Positions 14,368 to 24,004 of a DNA stretch of 26,937 nt are shown here, piece after piece (the stretch's first letter is position 1; every line of letters begins with the position of its first letter). This DNA is from a candidate division WOR-3 bacterium. Its GTDB lineage: Bacteria > Hydrothermota > UBA3072 > B12-G15. Below the pieces are notes generated by a model. The model saw nothing but the letters and a program-made list of their open reading frames with translations. It did not search any database and was not told where the DNA came from. Position numbers and translations under genes: made by a program. The DNA is taken from positions 1-26,937 of the forward strand of contig CBFGJG010000028.1 in assembly GCA_965649055.1 (NCBI GenBank). The letters run 5' to 3'.

Positions 14368-17300
14368 TTTTCCTCCAGTATTATTACTTTCCCAATAAAT
14401 TTATCTTCCAGAAATACAAAATACACACCACTCTTATCAAACCTTAAATTAATATTATTAATCCCTCTAAATATATTTCTGAATTCTATCCTTTCTCTTC
14501 CAAGGATGTCGTATATCCTTAATTTAACAATACCACTTTTTTCAGAATTGTAAAGAATATTTAGCAAGTTTAAATTATTTATTATTATGTATTCCCCTTT
14601 TCCCGGTAATTCATTTTTTTCAAGAAAAACATTCCTTAACAATAAATTATCTATATAAATCCCTTCATCAAATATGTTGCTATCACTTGAAAATATGAAC
14701 TTAATAGAGAATGTATCGCTGGTATGAATGTCCTTTTCCCATTTTATCCAGCCATCCTGAATAGGGTAAAGTGCTCCACCTGAACCAATAAAATCAATAG
14801 TGTCTTCTTTCCCTTTTTCATATATTACAACATACATTCCATCTGAACCATAGTTTGGGAATTTATACCAGTAATAGAAACTGAGATTAACAGAACCTTT
14901 TGGTAAAAATTTTCTCGTTTCAAGTATAGAAACCTGATTATTGTTATAATGAAAAGAGTCATTCCCGCAATACCATGAATAAATGCCTGAATATTTTCTA
15001 TGAGATGTAAGATGCCATAAGTCATTATAATAAAAATTCCTGTCATCCTCACATTCATCAAAAAATTCAGAGTAATCTGTAAAAATAAACAGGCTATCAA
15101 GGATTACTGAGTTATTCTTTTTCAATACATAATTAACTGTGGAGTTAAAGAAATCCGGAAAAACCAAAGTATCAATAAAAAATTCAGAAGGATATATTCT
15201 TCCAATGGTATCTACAGGGTTTATAGAAGAAGGAAAAGAGTATGCCTTCCTTATAATGCTATCTATATAGGTATGTCCTCTATTAAAAATAAATACTAAT
15301 ATAGTATCACCATAACTCTTTACATTATTAATTATTATTTCAGGTTTTGCCACAAAGAAATGCCTTATTATACTATCTTCAGAAATAACTGTGAATCTTA
15401 CTTCTTCACCATCTTTTAAATCAATTGGAGCATATATTTTAAAACAATTTTTAATCGTCGTATCTCTTCCGGGTAGAAGCTCTGAAATAAATAAAGAATC
15501 TTTAAGGAGGATAGTTTTATCAGATATAAGTTTTGTGACTTTATTTTTGATCGTGTCCTGATTATTTTTAATATAAAGAGATACAAAAAGAGTTTCACCT
15601 GGATTTATCAGGTTATCATCAGAATCAGAGATTAATATATCGTAAAGCCTCGGTGGTGTGAAATTCCTTAATATCTGTAAAGGAAGAAATCCATCCTTTG
15701 TTATGGTTAAAATACAGGTATCTTCATATATTGTGAATTCACCAGTAGGGTCTGTATAGAATCTTCTATAATATTTTCCATACATACAGACATATGCAGA
15801 TTCAACAGGATTTGAATTATTCATTATTCTAACCCTGTTTGAATCAATAAAAACCAATTTAAAGGTATCAGGTATCCTTTTCCACATACACATTGAAGGA
15901 TCACCGAAAAGGTTCAATTGGTATTGATGCCACCTGTAAACATTTTCAGTTTTTGATAATGGTGCGAAAAAAATCTTTGTCTCACTTAAAGCATCACCTA
16001 TCGTTTTTACATTATCAACAAATATTTTATAAAAAAACATTTCATCAAATCTATCCGAGTATCCGAAGCCAGGATTTCCAGGTGATCCCCAACCATACCT
16101 TGAATTTGAAATCATTGCCACACCACAATTTTTAGAAATTATAAAATGCTCTGCTATTGAATTGTAGTCGAATGCACCAACCCAGCAGCCTGTTGAAAAA
16201 CCTATTGTATAAGTTGTGTTTGAAAGGGTTTCAACATCAGGAATAGAAATATAATTACCCGAAGCAGTCCACATACCTGTATACCAACCATGACCATTAT
16301 GATTAAAAAAACCATTTCCTGAATTTAATTCATTCCATACAACATTATGGTTCCCGAGATAATTTGACTCATACATCCTTGAGACTGCAATATTCTGTGG
16401 TAGGAAATCTATTATCCTGTCTTTTGCAATTCCAGCATCTGTATATGGATTCTGCCATAAAACCATACCACTGAAGAGAAATTTTAATATATTTTCACCA
16501 GGATTTTTTTCATAACTTATAAGTTTGTCTACAAAATTTATTACATCATTAGCAGAATTAACAGGAATCCTGCCTATTGCGATCTCTGGTATTAAATCTA
16601 TTGAATCACTAATCTCGCCAAAAATATTATCTTGGTCAAAATCCCAATCACCATCAAGGTCAGCATAATATAAATCAGCCCTCAAACTATCCTCATCGTA
16701 TCTTATACCTGCTTCAGAACACATTGCGAAAGTAATCCTTGCCGGAATAACCCCTACATCCCCACCAAGAATAACATATTTAAGATTATAATTACTGTAT
16801 AATATCTTTATAAAATTACGGAGTTTTTCCTGATTGTCCCTTCCTGTTGAAACATTGATGATACTATCAAAATCAAAAATCCTTGCCGGGATACCTTTTT
16901 CTGTTTTCCATCTCTTTAAAGGTTCAAAGTATCCTATAAATTGATTCTTTGTTATTATTGCAAGTTCAATGCTATCAATTTTTTCATTTTTCTTTTCCTC
17001 TTCTTTTTCATAGTCTAATTGAATCTTTATAGAATTAAAAAATATAACTTTATCGTTTTTCTGGATTGCTGGAAAAACTTTAAAGAGTATTAAAGAAGTA
17101 TCACGAATATATGATAAACCTTCGAAACAAACAATACTTTCAGGATATTGAACTATGCTTTTTCTTTCAATATTTTTTTTCTTGTAAGGTAAAGATATTA
17201 TCTGTGGTTTCTCTGCAACTCCTATATAAATATTTCTGAGTATTTCCAGTGTATCAATCTCCAATATCCTGTAAGAAAAATTTCTTATTCTTCCAGGTAT

Positions 17301-17450
17301 CCTGATTATATAAGGAATAACAGGAATATCCGGATAACCCTCAAATGGTTCTTGATAGTAATTTTTAAGATTGAATTTTACAAAACCATCTTTTATGTAA
17401 TAATTCTTTTCAAATCTTATCTCAACTATTAATGATATAAAAAAAATCAA
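14364..17450 (-). CDS. C25 (gingipain) family cysteine peptidase with propeptide and T9SS type A-like CTD
   Basis: Propeptide EGYPDIP; WKTEKG, YVILGGD, ADLYYADLDG, IAIGRIP, HNGHG (His), STGC (Cys), NLFGDP; CTD IYDILGR...SGVYFV. TTG start with GAGGA SD. Confidence 0.9.
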   Translation of the reverse strand: MIFFISLIVEIRFEKNYYIKDGFVKFNLKNYYQEPFEGYPDIPVIPYIIRIPGRIRNFSYRILEIDTLEILRNIYIGVAEKPQIISLPYKKKNIERKSIVQYPESIVCFEGLSYIRDTSLILFKVFPAIQKNDKVIFFNSIKIQLDYEKEEEKKNEKIDSIELAIITKNQFIGYFEPLKRWKTEKGIPARIFDFDSIINVSTGRDNQEKLRNFIKILYSNYNLKYVILGGDVGVIPARITFAMCSEAGIRYDEDSLRADLYYADLDGDWDFDQDNIFGEISDSIDLIPEIAIGRIPVNSANDVINFVDKLISYEKNPGENILKFLFSGMVLWQNPYTDAGIAKDRIIDFLPQNIAVSRMYESNYLGNHNVVWNELNSGNGFFNHNGHGWYTGMWTASGNYISIPDVETLSNTTYTIGFSTGCWVGAFDYNSIAEHFIISKNCGVAMISNSRYGWGSPGNPGFGYSDRFDEMFFYKIFVDNVKTIGDALSETKIFFAPLSKTENVYRWHQYQLNLFGDPSMCMWKRIPDTFKLVFIDSNRVRIMNNSNPVESAYVCMYGKYYRRFYTDPTGEFTIYEDTCILTITKDGFLPLQILRNFTPPRLYDILISDSDDNLINPGETLFVSLYIKNNQDTIKNKVTKLISDKTILLKDSLFISELLPGRDTTIKNCFKIYAPIDLKDGEEVRFTVISEDSIIRHFFVAKPEIIINNVKSYGDTILVFIFNRGHTYIDSIIRKAYSFPSSINPVDTIGRIYPSEFFIDTLVFPDFFNSTVNYVLKKNNSVILDSLFIFTDYSEFFDECEDDRNFYYNDLWHLTSHRKYSGIYSWYCGNDSFHYNNNQVSILETRKFLPKGSVNLSFYYWYKFPNYGSDGMYVVIYEKGKEDTIDFIGSGGALYPIQDGWIKWEKDIHTSDTFSIKFIFSSDSNIFDEGIYIDNLLLRNVFLEKNELPGKGEYIIINNLNLLNILYNSEKSGIVKLRIYDILGRERIEFRNIFRGINNINLRFDKSGVYFVFLEDKFIGKVIILEEK

Positions 17451-18151
17451 AGAAATTCCTCAACCTTTTTTACATCTTCGATCCTGTCAACAGATATAAG
17501 ATTTTTTTCAATCTTCACAACTTTAATCTTACCCCCGATTGAAAGTGCCCTTAACTGTTCAAGTTTCTCGGACTTTTCAATATAAGATTGTGGAGACGAA
17601 ATAAATCTTTTCAGGAATTCAATCCTGTAAACATAAATTCCTTTATGTATATAATATTGCTTATAAGGAGAAAATGAATAAGGTATTGGTGAACGTGAGA
17701 AATAAAGTGCATATGAATTCTGATCAATAACTATCTTTACTAAATTTTGATCACCAGGAGAATCACTTATAACATAAGGCGTCACAATATCTGCATTTTT
17801 GTCATTCATCATCTCAGAAACAAGTTTATCTAAAATCTCCCCATCTATCATAGGTTCATCACCCTGAACATTAACAACAATATCAGCATAAATATTTTTA
17901 ATAACTTCACCTATTCTGTCTGAACCTGATTTATGTTCGGGAGATGTCATAAAGACTTTGCCACCAAATGAAGATACTTTTTCCCTTATCCTCTCATCAT
18001 CAGTCGCAACAATCACATCTTCAATAAGCCTTGACCTTTTTACACCTTCCCACACCCATTGTATCATGGGTTTACCTTTTATTGGGAAGAGCGGTTTTCC
18101 GGGAAATCTTTCTGAATTATATCTCGCCGGTATTACCGCTATCACTTTCAC
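17447..18151 (-). CDS. kdsB: 3-deoxy-manno-octulosonate cytidylyltransferase
   Basis: IPARYNSERFPGKPL, VATDD, SGSDR, VNVQGDEP, ALYFSRSPIP, EKLEQLRAL; GTG start. Confidence 0.97.
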   Translation of the reverse strand: MKVIAVIPARYNSERFPGKPLFPIKGKPMIQWVWEGVKRSRLIEDVIVATDDERIREKVSSFGGKVFMTSPEHKSGSDRIGEVIKNIYADIVVNVQGDEPMIDGEILDKLVSEMMNDKNADIVTPYVISDSPGDQNLVKIVIDQNSYALYFSRSPIPYSFSPYKQYYIHKGIYVYRIEFLKRFISSPQSYIEKSEKLEQLRALSIGGKIKVVKIEKNLISVDRIEDVKKVEEFL

Positions 18152-19802
18152 TTTTCTTTTCTTCTTCCTTTGTTGTTTCTGTTTCTTTTACCTGTTTTGT
18201 TTTTTCATCCTCGTAGTACTTCTTTTCAGAAAGAATTATACTTCTTTTTTTAGAATTGATTTCTATAACCCTTAAGTTAAGTTCATCTCCGACTGAGTAA
18301 TTTTCTGAAGGGTGTTTAGATCCTTTCTTCTCAAGCTGTGAAGATGGAACAAATCCTGTCAAATCTTTATCAAGTTCTACTACTACACCTTTTGAAAGAA
18401 TTTCAACTATTTTTGCCTTTAATTTTGAATTTTCTGGATGTTTTTTTGCGAAAACTTTTAGCGGATCAGCTTCCAGCTGTTTCATACCAAGGGCAATCCT
18501 CCTCTTGTTCGGATCAATGGAAAGTATTTTACATTGAACCTTTTTCCCTTTCTTAAACATCCTGCTTAAAGAAATGTTTCTTTGTGACCATGATACATCT
18601 GAAATATGTAATAATCCTTCAACCCCTTCTTCAAGTTCAACAAAAACACCAAATCTTTTTATATTTGAAACAATTCCTTCTACCTTTTGTCCTTCCTGAT
18701 ATTTCTTCTCTATATTTTTCCACGGGTCAGGTGCAGCCTCCCTCAATCCTAAAGAAATCTTTTGTTCTTCCTTGTTCACCTCAATCACTATCCCTTCCAC
18801 TATATCGCCAATCTTCATTATCTCGCTTGGATGTTTTATGTGTTCTGTCCAGGACATCTCAGAAATATGAATAAGACCTTCAACACCCTTTTCAAGTTCT
18901 ACAAATGCACCATAGTCAGTTATCGACACAACCCTACCTTTAACCCTTTTACCGGTAGGATATCTTTCCTCGATACCTTCCCATGGATTAGGTTCAAGCT
19001 GTTTCATACCAAGTGAAATCTTTTCCTGTTCTTTATCAATTTTTATCACTTTCACCTTAACAGTATCACCTATTGCAAGTATTTCTGAAGGATGAGCAAG
19101 TCTACCCCACGACATATCTGTAATATGTAAGAGTCCATCAATACCACCAAGGGCAACGAATGCACCGAATTCAGTAACATTCTTTACGACACCTTCAAGA
19201 ACATCTCCTTCCTTTACAGTACTGAAAAATCTTTTCCTTTCTAATTCTTTTTCTTCCTCAAGTATTACCCTTCTCGAAACAACTATGTTCCTCCTCTTCC
19301 AGTTCAGTTTAATTATTCTTAAAGGTAATTCTTTACCAACAAAATCATCGATGTTATCAACATTTTTAACATCAATCTGAGAGCCCGGTAAAAATGCCTC
19401 AACCCCGAAAACACTTGCCATAAGTCCACCTTTTACCCTTCTTAAGATTTTACCCTGCACATTGATATTGTTTTCAAATGCATTTTTTATATCATCCCAT
19501 ACTTTCATAAAATCTGCTTTTTTCTTGGATATCTGGGCAAGTCCGTGTTCACCTTCAAGGTCCTCAAGGTAGACATCAATTATGTCATCAACCTTGACTT
19601 TCTCGTTTTCTCCAAATTCCGAAAGTGGCAGAATCCCTTCTGATTTTAAACCTACATTCACAATGACTTCTTTATCTGTCACCCTTACAACCCTACCCTT
19701 TACAAGTCCTATCTTGGGATTTTCCTTATCCATATACTCCGATAGGAGATTTTCCATCTCCTTATCATCTTTGTTTTCAACTGGAAATTGTTCTTTTTTC
19801 AT
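18117..19802 (-). CDS. rpsA: 30S ribosomal protein S1
   Basis: Six S1 domains, e.g. KSEGILP, AFLPGSQID, DGLLHITDMSW, EGLIHISEMSW, EGLLHISDVSW. Confidence 0.97.
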   Translation of the reverse strand: MKKEQFPVENKDDKEMENLLSEYMDKENPKIGLVKGRVVRVTDKEVIVNVGLKSEGILPLSEFGENEKVKVDDIIDVYLEDLEGEHGLAQISKKKADFMKVWDDIKNAFENNINVQGKILRRVKGGLMASVFGVEAFLPGSQIDVKNVDNIDDFVGKELPLRIIKLNWKRRNIVVSRRVILEEEKELERKRFFSTVKEGDVLEGVVKNVTEFGAFVALGGIDGLLHITDMSWGRLAHPSEILAIGDTVKVKVIKIDKEQEKISLGMKQLEPNPWEGIEERYPTGKRVKGRVVSITDYGAFVELEKGVEGLIHISEMSWTEHIKHPSEIMKIGDIVEGIVIEVNKEEQKISLGLREAAPDPWKNIEKKYQEGQKVEGIVSNIKRFGVFVELEEGVEGLLHISDVSWSQRNISLSRMFKKGKKVQCKILSIDPNKRRIALGMKQLEADPLKVFAKKHPENSKLKAKIVEILSKGVVVELDKDLTGFVPSSQLEKKGSKHPSENYSVGDELNLRVIEINSKKRSIILSEKKYYEDEKTKQVKETETTKEEEKKSESDSGNTGEI

Positions 19803-20640
19803 TAAAAACCTCCCCTATTTTACTTATTTTATTGTAAACTTTCTGAATAATCCAATCAGGTGTTGAAGCACCTGCTGTTATTCCAATTTTTTTAACATCC
19901 TTAAACCATTCCGGTTTTAATTCATCATCTGTTTCAATATGATACACATTAGGGCATATTTCCTTTGAGATTGAAGCAAGCCTTGTTGTATTTGCACTGT
20001 TCTTACCTCCTATTACAATCATTACATCAACTTCTTTTGCAAGTTGTTTTGCTGATGTTTGTCTTAATGTTGTTGCATTACATATCGTATTGTAGATTCG
20101 TATTTCAGAACTAAATGGAATTAGGTATGCTATAGCTTTTATAAGATTTTCAACTGATTGGGTTGTTTGAACAACAACGCCAATTTTACTGTTATTACCT
20201 AAATCCATTCCTGTTTTAAAAATCTCCGCCTTCGCCTCCGTAAACTGTAGGATACCTTGAACCTCAGGGTGGTTTTCATCTCCCACCACTATAACCTTAT
20301 AACCTTCATCAACCAGTTTTAAAGCAATCTCCTGAACCCTCTTCACATAAGGACAGGTTGCGTCAACTATGTTAAAATTCATATTTTCAGCCTTTTTTAT
20401 TATATTTTTATCTACACCATGCGACCTTATCACAAGATATCCCTTTCCCCTGATATCTTCAAGATTTTCTATTGGCAGGACACCTTCGGATTTCAATTTA
20501 TCAACAACCTGTGGATTATGTATGATTGGCCCAAAAGTATATATTGGTAAATCTGCTTTCTTCTTCAATTCCTCAATTTTTTCAAGGGCTCTCATAACAC
20601 CAAAGCAAAAACCTGAATGATTTGCAATTTTTATTTCCAT
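19777..20640 (-). CDS. ispH: 4-hydroxy-3-methylbut-2-enyl diphosphate reductase
   Basis: GFCFGV, IIHN, RSHGV, DATCPYV, HPEV, QTT, TICNAT, NSANT, TAGASTP. Confidence 0.97.
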   Translation of the reverse strand: MEIKIANHSGFCFGVMRALEKIEELKKKADLPIYTFGPIIHNPQVVDKLKSEGVLPIENLEDIRGKGYLVIRSHGVDKNIIKKAENMNFNIVDATCPYVKRVQEIALKLVDEGYKVIVVGDENHPEVQGILQFTEAKAEIFKTGMDLGNNSKIGVVVQTTQSVENLIKAIAYLIPFSSEIRIYNTICNATTLRQTSAKQLAKEVDVMIVIGGKNSANTTRLASISKEICPNVYHIETDDELKPEWFKDVKKIGITAGASTPDWIIQKVYNKISKIGEVFNEKRTISS

Positions 20641-21236
20641 AAAGCAAGTTTTTTAATCTCGTCCATAATTTTTTCAGAGAATTCTTGAGCAGACTTTGAT
20701 GTTAAAGGAACATCAGGCGGATATAAAGGTTTTGAAAAAGCGACAAAATAAGGCCTTATTCTTAAAATGTGGTATATCATAGGTTCGTGTGTCCCCCATA
20801 TTAATGCAGGGAGAACAGGAACCTTCATCTTCATAGCAACATAACCAATTCCACTTTTAGGTGGAAGAAAAACACCTGTTCTTGACCTTGTTCCTTCCGG
20901 AAAGATAACAACCACCCTGCCATCCCTTAGAAGTTCAATAAATTTCTTTATTGCTTCCCTGTCAAATCCCTGCGTATCCACTGGGAATGCATTATAATAA
21001 GAGATAAGCATAGCAAATAATTTATTATTAAAAAGTGATTTTTTGCTTATGAAATTAACCTCTTTTTTGAAGAGTGCTGCACCAAGAACAGGCGGATCCC
21101 AATTGGATCTGTGGTTTGCTGCAACAATAAAAGGACCTTTTTGGGGAATATTCTTCAAGCCATAAACTTCAAGACCGTATATGAATCTAAATAACCAGTT
21201 AAGCAAAAGGTCGCTATAAAACCATATTAATCTCAT
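20631..21236 (-). CDS. plsC: 1-acyl-sn-glycerol-3-phosphate acyltransferase
   Basis: NHRSNWD (HxxxxD) and IFPEGTRS motifs; cmk-plsC-ispH-rpsA context. Confidence 0.92.
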   Translation of the reverse strand: MRLIWFYSDLLLNWLFRFIYGLEVYGLKNIPQKGPFIVAANHRSNWDPPVLGAALFKKEVNFISKKSLFNNKLFAMLISYYNAFPVDTQGFDREAIKKFIELLRDGRVVVIFPEGTRSRTGVFLPPKSGIGYVAMKMKVPVLPALIWGTHEPMIYHILRIRPYFVAFSKPLYPPDVPLTSKSAQEFSEKIMDEIKKLALWK

Positions 21237-21901
21237 AAACGAATTTTCTTTTCTATCTCTTTAATAACAAGTTCAATCTGTTCCTCAATGGTGAGTTTAG
21301 TAGTATCAATAAAGACTGCTCCATCACTCATCTTTAAAGGTGCTTCTTCCCTTGAAGTATCTTCCCTATCCCTTCTTACGAGGTCTTCTTTAACCTGTTC
21401 AAAAGTGATATTAATTCCTTTATCAATAAGGTCTTTGAGTCTTCTTTTGGCCCTTTCATCTATATCCGCATCCATAAAAATCTTTACCTGTGCATCAGGA
21501 AAAACAACAGTTCCCATATCTCTACCCTCGCAGACAATATTCTTATTCTCAGCAATTTTTCTCTGGAGCTCAACCATTTTTTCCCTTACTTTCTTATATT
21601 TGCAAACAGGTGTAACGGCTTTGTCAATCTCAGGTGTCCTTATTTTCTCAGAAACATCTTCCCCGTTTATAATAGTTCTCTGACCATTTTCCATTTTTAT
21701 TTCAATATCCACCTTTTCAACCATACCTTCAACCATTTTCGCATCATGGGGGTCAACCTTTTCTTTCAAAACAAAATAAGCAATAGCACGGTACATTGCA
21801 CCGGTATCAAGGTAATACCATCCAAGCCTTCTTGCAACATTCCTTGCAGTTGTGCTCTTACCTGAGGCACATGTTCCGTCTATAGCAACAACAAATTTCA
21901 T
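21233..21901 (-). CDS. cmk: Cytidylate kinase
   Basis: AIDGTCASGKST P-loop, LDTGAMYRA, EGRDMGTVVFPDA, RDREDTSR..APL. Confidence 0.97.
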   Translation of the reverse strand: MKFVVAIDGTCASGKSTTARNVARRLGWYYLDTGAMYRAIAYFVLKEKVDPHDAKMVEGMVEKVDIEIKMENGQRTIINGEDVSEKIRTPEIDKAVTPVCKYKKVREKMVELQRKIAENKNIVCEGRDMGTVVFPDAQVKIFMDADIDERAKRRLKDLIDKGINITFEQVKEDLVRRDREDTSREEAPLKMSDGAVFIDTTKLTIEEQIELVIKEIEKKIRL

Positions 21902-21907
21902 AAAAGT

Positions 21908-21935
21908 ATATTATATTAACTTTTAAATCTTTCAA
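21908..21935 (-). promoter_or_regulatory. sigma70-type promoter for the cmk operon (leaderless)
   Basis: TTGAAA (21935-21930), 16 nt, TAATAT (21913-21908), 6 nt, ATG 21901; no SD. Confidence 0.6.
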
Positions 21936-21949
21936 GTAAAATTTTTATA

Positions 21950-21977
21950 TTGACTAAAGATTTTTTTATATTAAATT
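21950..21977 (+). promoter_or_regulatory. sigma70-type promoter for the uvrB operon (leaderless)
   Basis: TTGACT (21950-21955), 16 nt, TAAATT (21972-21977), 5 nt, ATG 21983; no SD. Confidence 0.55.
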
Positions 21978-21982
21978 TTAAT

Positions 21983-24004
21983 ATGTTAAAACTTCATACT
22001 AAATTTAATCTTGCAGGTGATCAGAAAGAAGCAGTAGAAAAACTTGTTGAAAGATTAAAAAATGGTAATAAGTTCAATACACTTTTAGGTGTTACTGGCT
22101 CTGGAAAGACATTTACAATAGCTAATGTGCTTGAAAGGATTAATATGCCTGCTATTGTGATCTCACATAATAAAACACTTGCAGCACAACTCTATGGTGA
22201 ATTCAAGTCTTTCTTCCCTGAAAATGCAGTTGAATATTTTATAAGCTATTACGATTATTATCAGCCTGAAGCTTACATACCAGATACAGATACTTACATT
22301 GAAAAAGATGCTTCAATTAATGAAGATATAGATAGATTGAGATTGAAAGCAACCACATCATTACTTGAGAGAGAAGACGTAATAATAGTCTCGAGTGTAT
22401 CTTGCATATATGGTCTTGGAACACCAGAAGATTTCAAAAGTATGATAAAAATAATTAGAAAGAACGATATCTTAAAAAGAGATACATTCTTACAGGAACT
22501 TGTAGACTTACAATACACAAGGAATGATATAGAATTTATAAGAGGAACATTCAGGGTAAAAGGGGACGTGGTTGATTTATTCCCTACTTACGAAAAATTT
22601 GCTTACAGGATAGAATTTTTCGGCGACGAGATTGAAAATATATATATGTTTGATCCTGTTTCCGGTCATAAACTAAAACAAAAAGAATCACTTGTTATAT
22701 ATCCAGCAAAACATTTCGTAACACCATATCCGAAAATTGAAACAGCAATAAAGAATATAGAAAAGGAACTTGAAGAGAGAGTTAAATGGTTTTTAAATAA
22801 TGGTAAATACCTCGAAGCGCAGAGAATCGAAGCAAGAACAAGATATGATATAGAACTTTTAAGGGAGATTGGATATTGCCCCGGTATTGAAAATTATTCA
22901 ATGCATCTATCTGGCAGGAAACCAGGTGAAAGACCTTCCTGCCTTTTAGACTATTTTCCCAAAGAATTCTTATGTATCATAGATGAATCCCATGTTACGG
23001 TTCCGCAATTAAGAGGAATGTTCAATGGTGATAGGTCCAGAAAACAAACCCTCGTTGATTACGGTTTCAGGTTACCTTCCGCACTTGAAAATAGACCTTT
23101 AAGATTTGAAGAATTCATCTCTCTCGTTCCATACATAATATTTGTCTCAGCAACACCAGACGATTATGAAATAAGTGTTTCAGGCGAAGTGGTGGAACAG
23201 ATAATAAGACCAACAGGGCTTGTTGACCCGGAAGTAATAATAAAACCCACAAAGAATCAGATAGATGACCTTATAAGAGAGATAAGGGAAAGGGTAGAAA
23301 AAAATGAAAGGGTCCTTGTTACCACTCTCACAAAGAGGATGGCAGAGGACCTTGCAGAATATTTATTCAATCTCGGAATTAAGGTAAGATATATCCATTC
23401 AGAGTTTGATGCATTTGAAAGAGTAGAAACTTTAAGGGGTTTAAGACTCGGAGAGTTCGATGTCCTTGTTGGTGTAAATCTATTAAGGGAAGGACTTGAT
23501 CTTCCAGAGGTATCACTTGTTGCTGTTCTTGACGCTGATAAAGAAGGATTTTTAAGGTCTAAGACATCACTGATTCAGGTTTCCGGAAGGGCTGCAAGAA
23601 ATGTTAGAGGAAAGGTAATACTTTATGCTGATAATATTACTGATTCGATAAAAGAAGCCCTGATGGAGATGGAAAGAAGAAGGAATAAACAGATTGAATA
23701 TAACAGAATTCACAATATTACACCTGTAAGCATACAGAAAACAAAGGAAGAAATCTTATCTACTACAGCAGTAGCAGATGCAAAGGAAAAATTTGACGAA
23801 GAAGAAATTAGTTTTACGAGTGAGCTCGAAAGACTTGAGAAGATAGAAGAAATGACAAAGGAAATGCATAGACTCGCATCAATGATGGAATTTGAAAAGG
23901 CAGCAATTTTAAGAGACAAAATCAGGAGGATGATGAATGAACAGATTAGAGAAAGAAAAGGTATTAAAGATAATAAAAGAAGCATTAAAGGAAGATATAG
24001 GTAA
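21983..24004 (+). CDS. uvrB: Excinuclease ABC subunit B
   Basis: GDQ, LGVTGSGKT, HNKTLAAQL, YYDYYQPEAY, DESH, LLREGLDLPEV, GRAARN, C-terminal UVR domain FEKAAILRD. Start revised to ATG 21983 (the ORF-track TTG at 21950 is the -35 box). Confidence 0.98.
   Translation: MLKLHTKFNLAGDQKEAVEKLVERLKNGNKFNTLLGVTGSGKTFTIANVLERINMPAIVISHNKTLAAQLYGEFKSFFPENAVEYFISYYDYYQPEAYIPDTDTYIEKDASINEDIDRLRLKATTSLLEREDVIIVSSVSCIYGLGTPEDFKSMIKIIRKNDILKRDTFLQELVDLQYTRNDIEFIRGTFRVKGDVVDLFPTYEKFAYRIEFFGDEIENIYMFDPVSGHKLKQKESLVIYPAKHFVTPYPKIETAIKNIEKELEERVKWFLNNGKYLEAQRIEARTRYDIELLREIGYCPGIENYSMHLSGRKPGERPSCLLDYFPKEFLCIIDESHVTVPQLRGMFNGDRSRKQTLVDYGFRLPSALENRPLRFEEFISLVPYIIFVSATPDDYEISVSGEVVEQIIRPTGLVDPEVIIKPTKNQIDDLIREIRERVEKNERVLVTTLTKRMAEDLAEYLFNLGIKVRYIHSEFDAFERVETLRGLRLGEFDVLVGVNLLREGLDLPEVSLVAVLDADKEGFLRSKTSLIQVSGRAARNVRGKVILYADNITDSIKEALMEMERRRNKQIEYNRIHNITPVSIQKTKEEILSTTAVADAKEKFDEEEISFTSELERLEKIEEMTKEMHRLASMMEFEKAAILRDKIRRMMNEQIRERKGIKDNKRSIKGRYR

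Noticed and set aside
17439..17446. T8 tract at the start of the C25 gene as a phase-variation site
   Set aside because: A/T runs of 7-9 nt are common throughout this AT-rich window and the frame is intact.
18117..20640. Possible ispH-rpsA fusion or frameshift
   Set aside because: The genes are separate; rpsA has its own GGGGAGG SD and both are full length. The cmk-plsC-ispH-rpsA order is well known.
21950..21982. 11-codon N-terminal extension of UvrB from TTG 21950
   Set aside because: The TTG is part of the TTGACT -35 box, and the UvrB-like sequence begins at ATG 21983.
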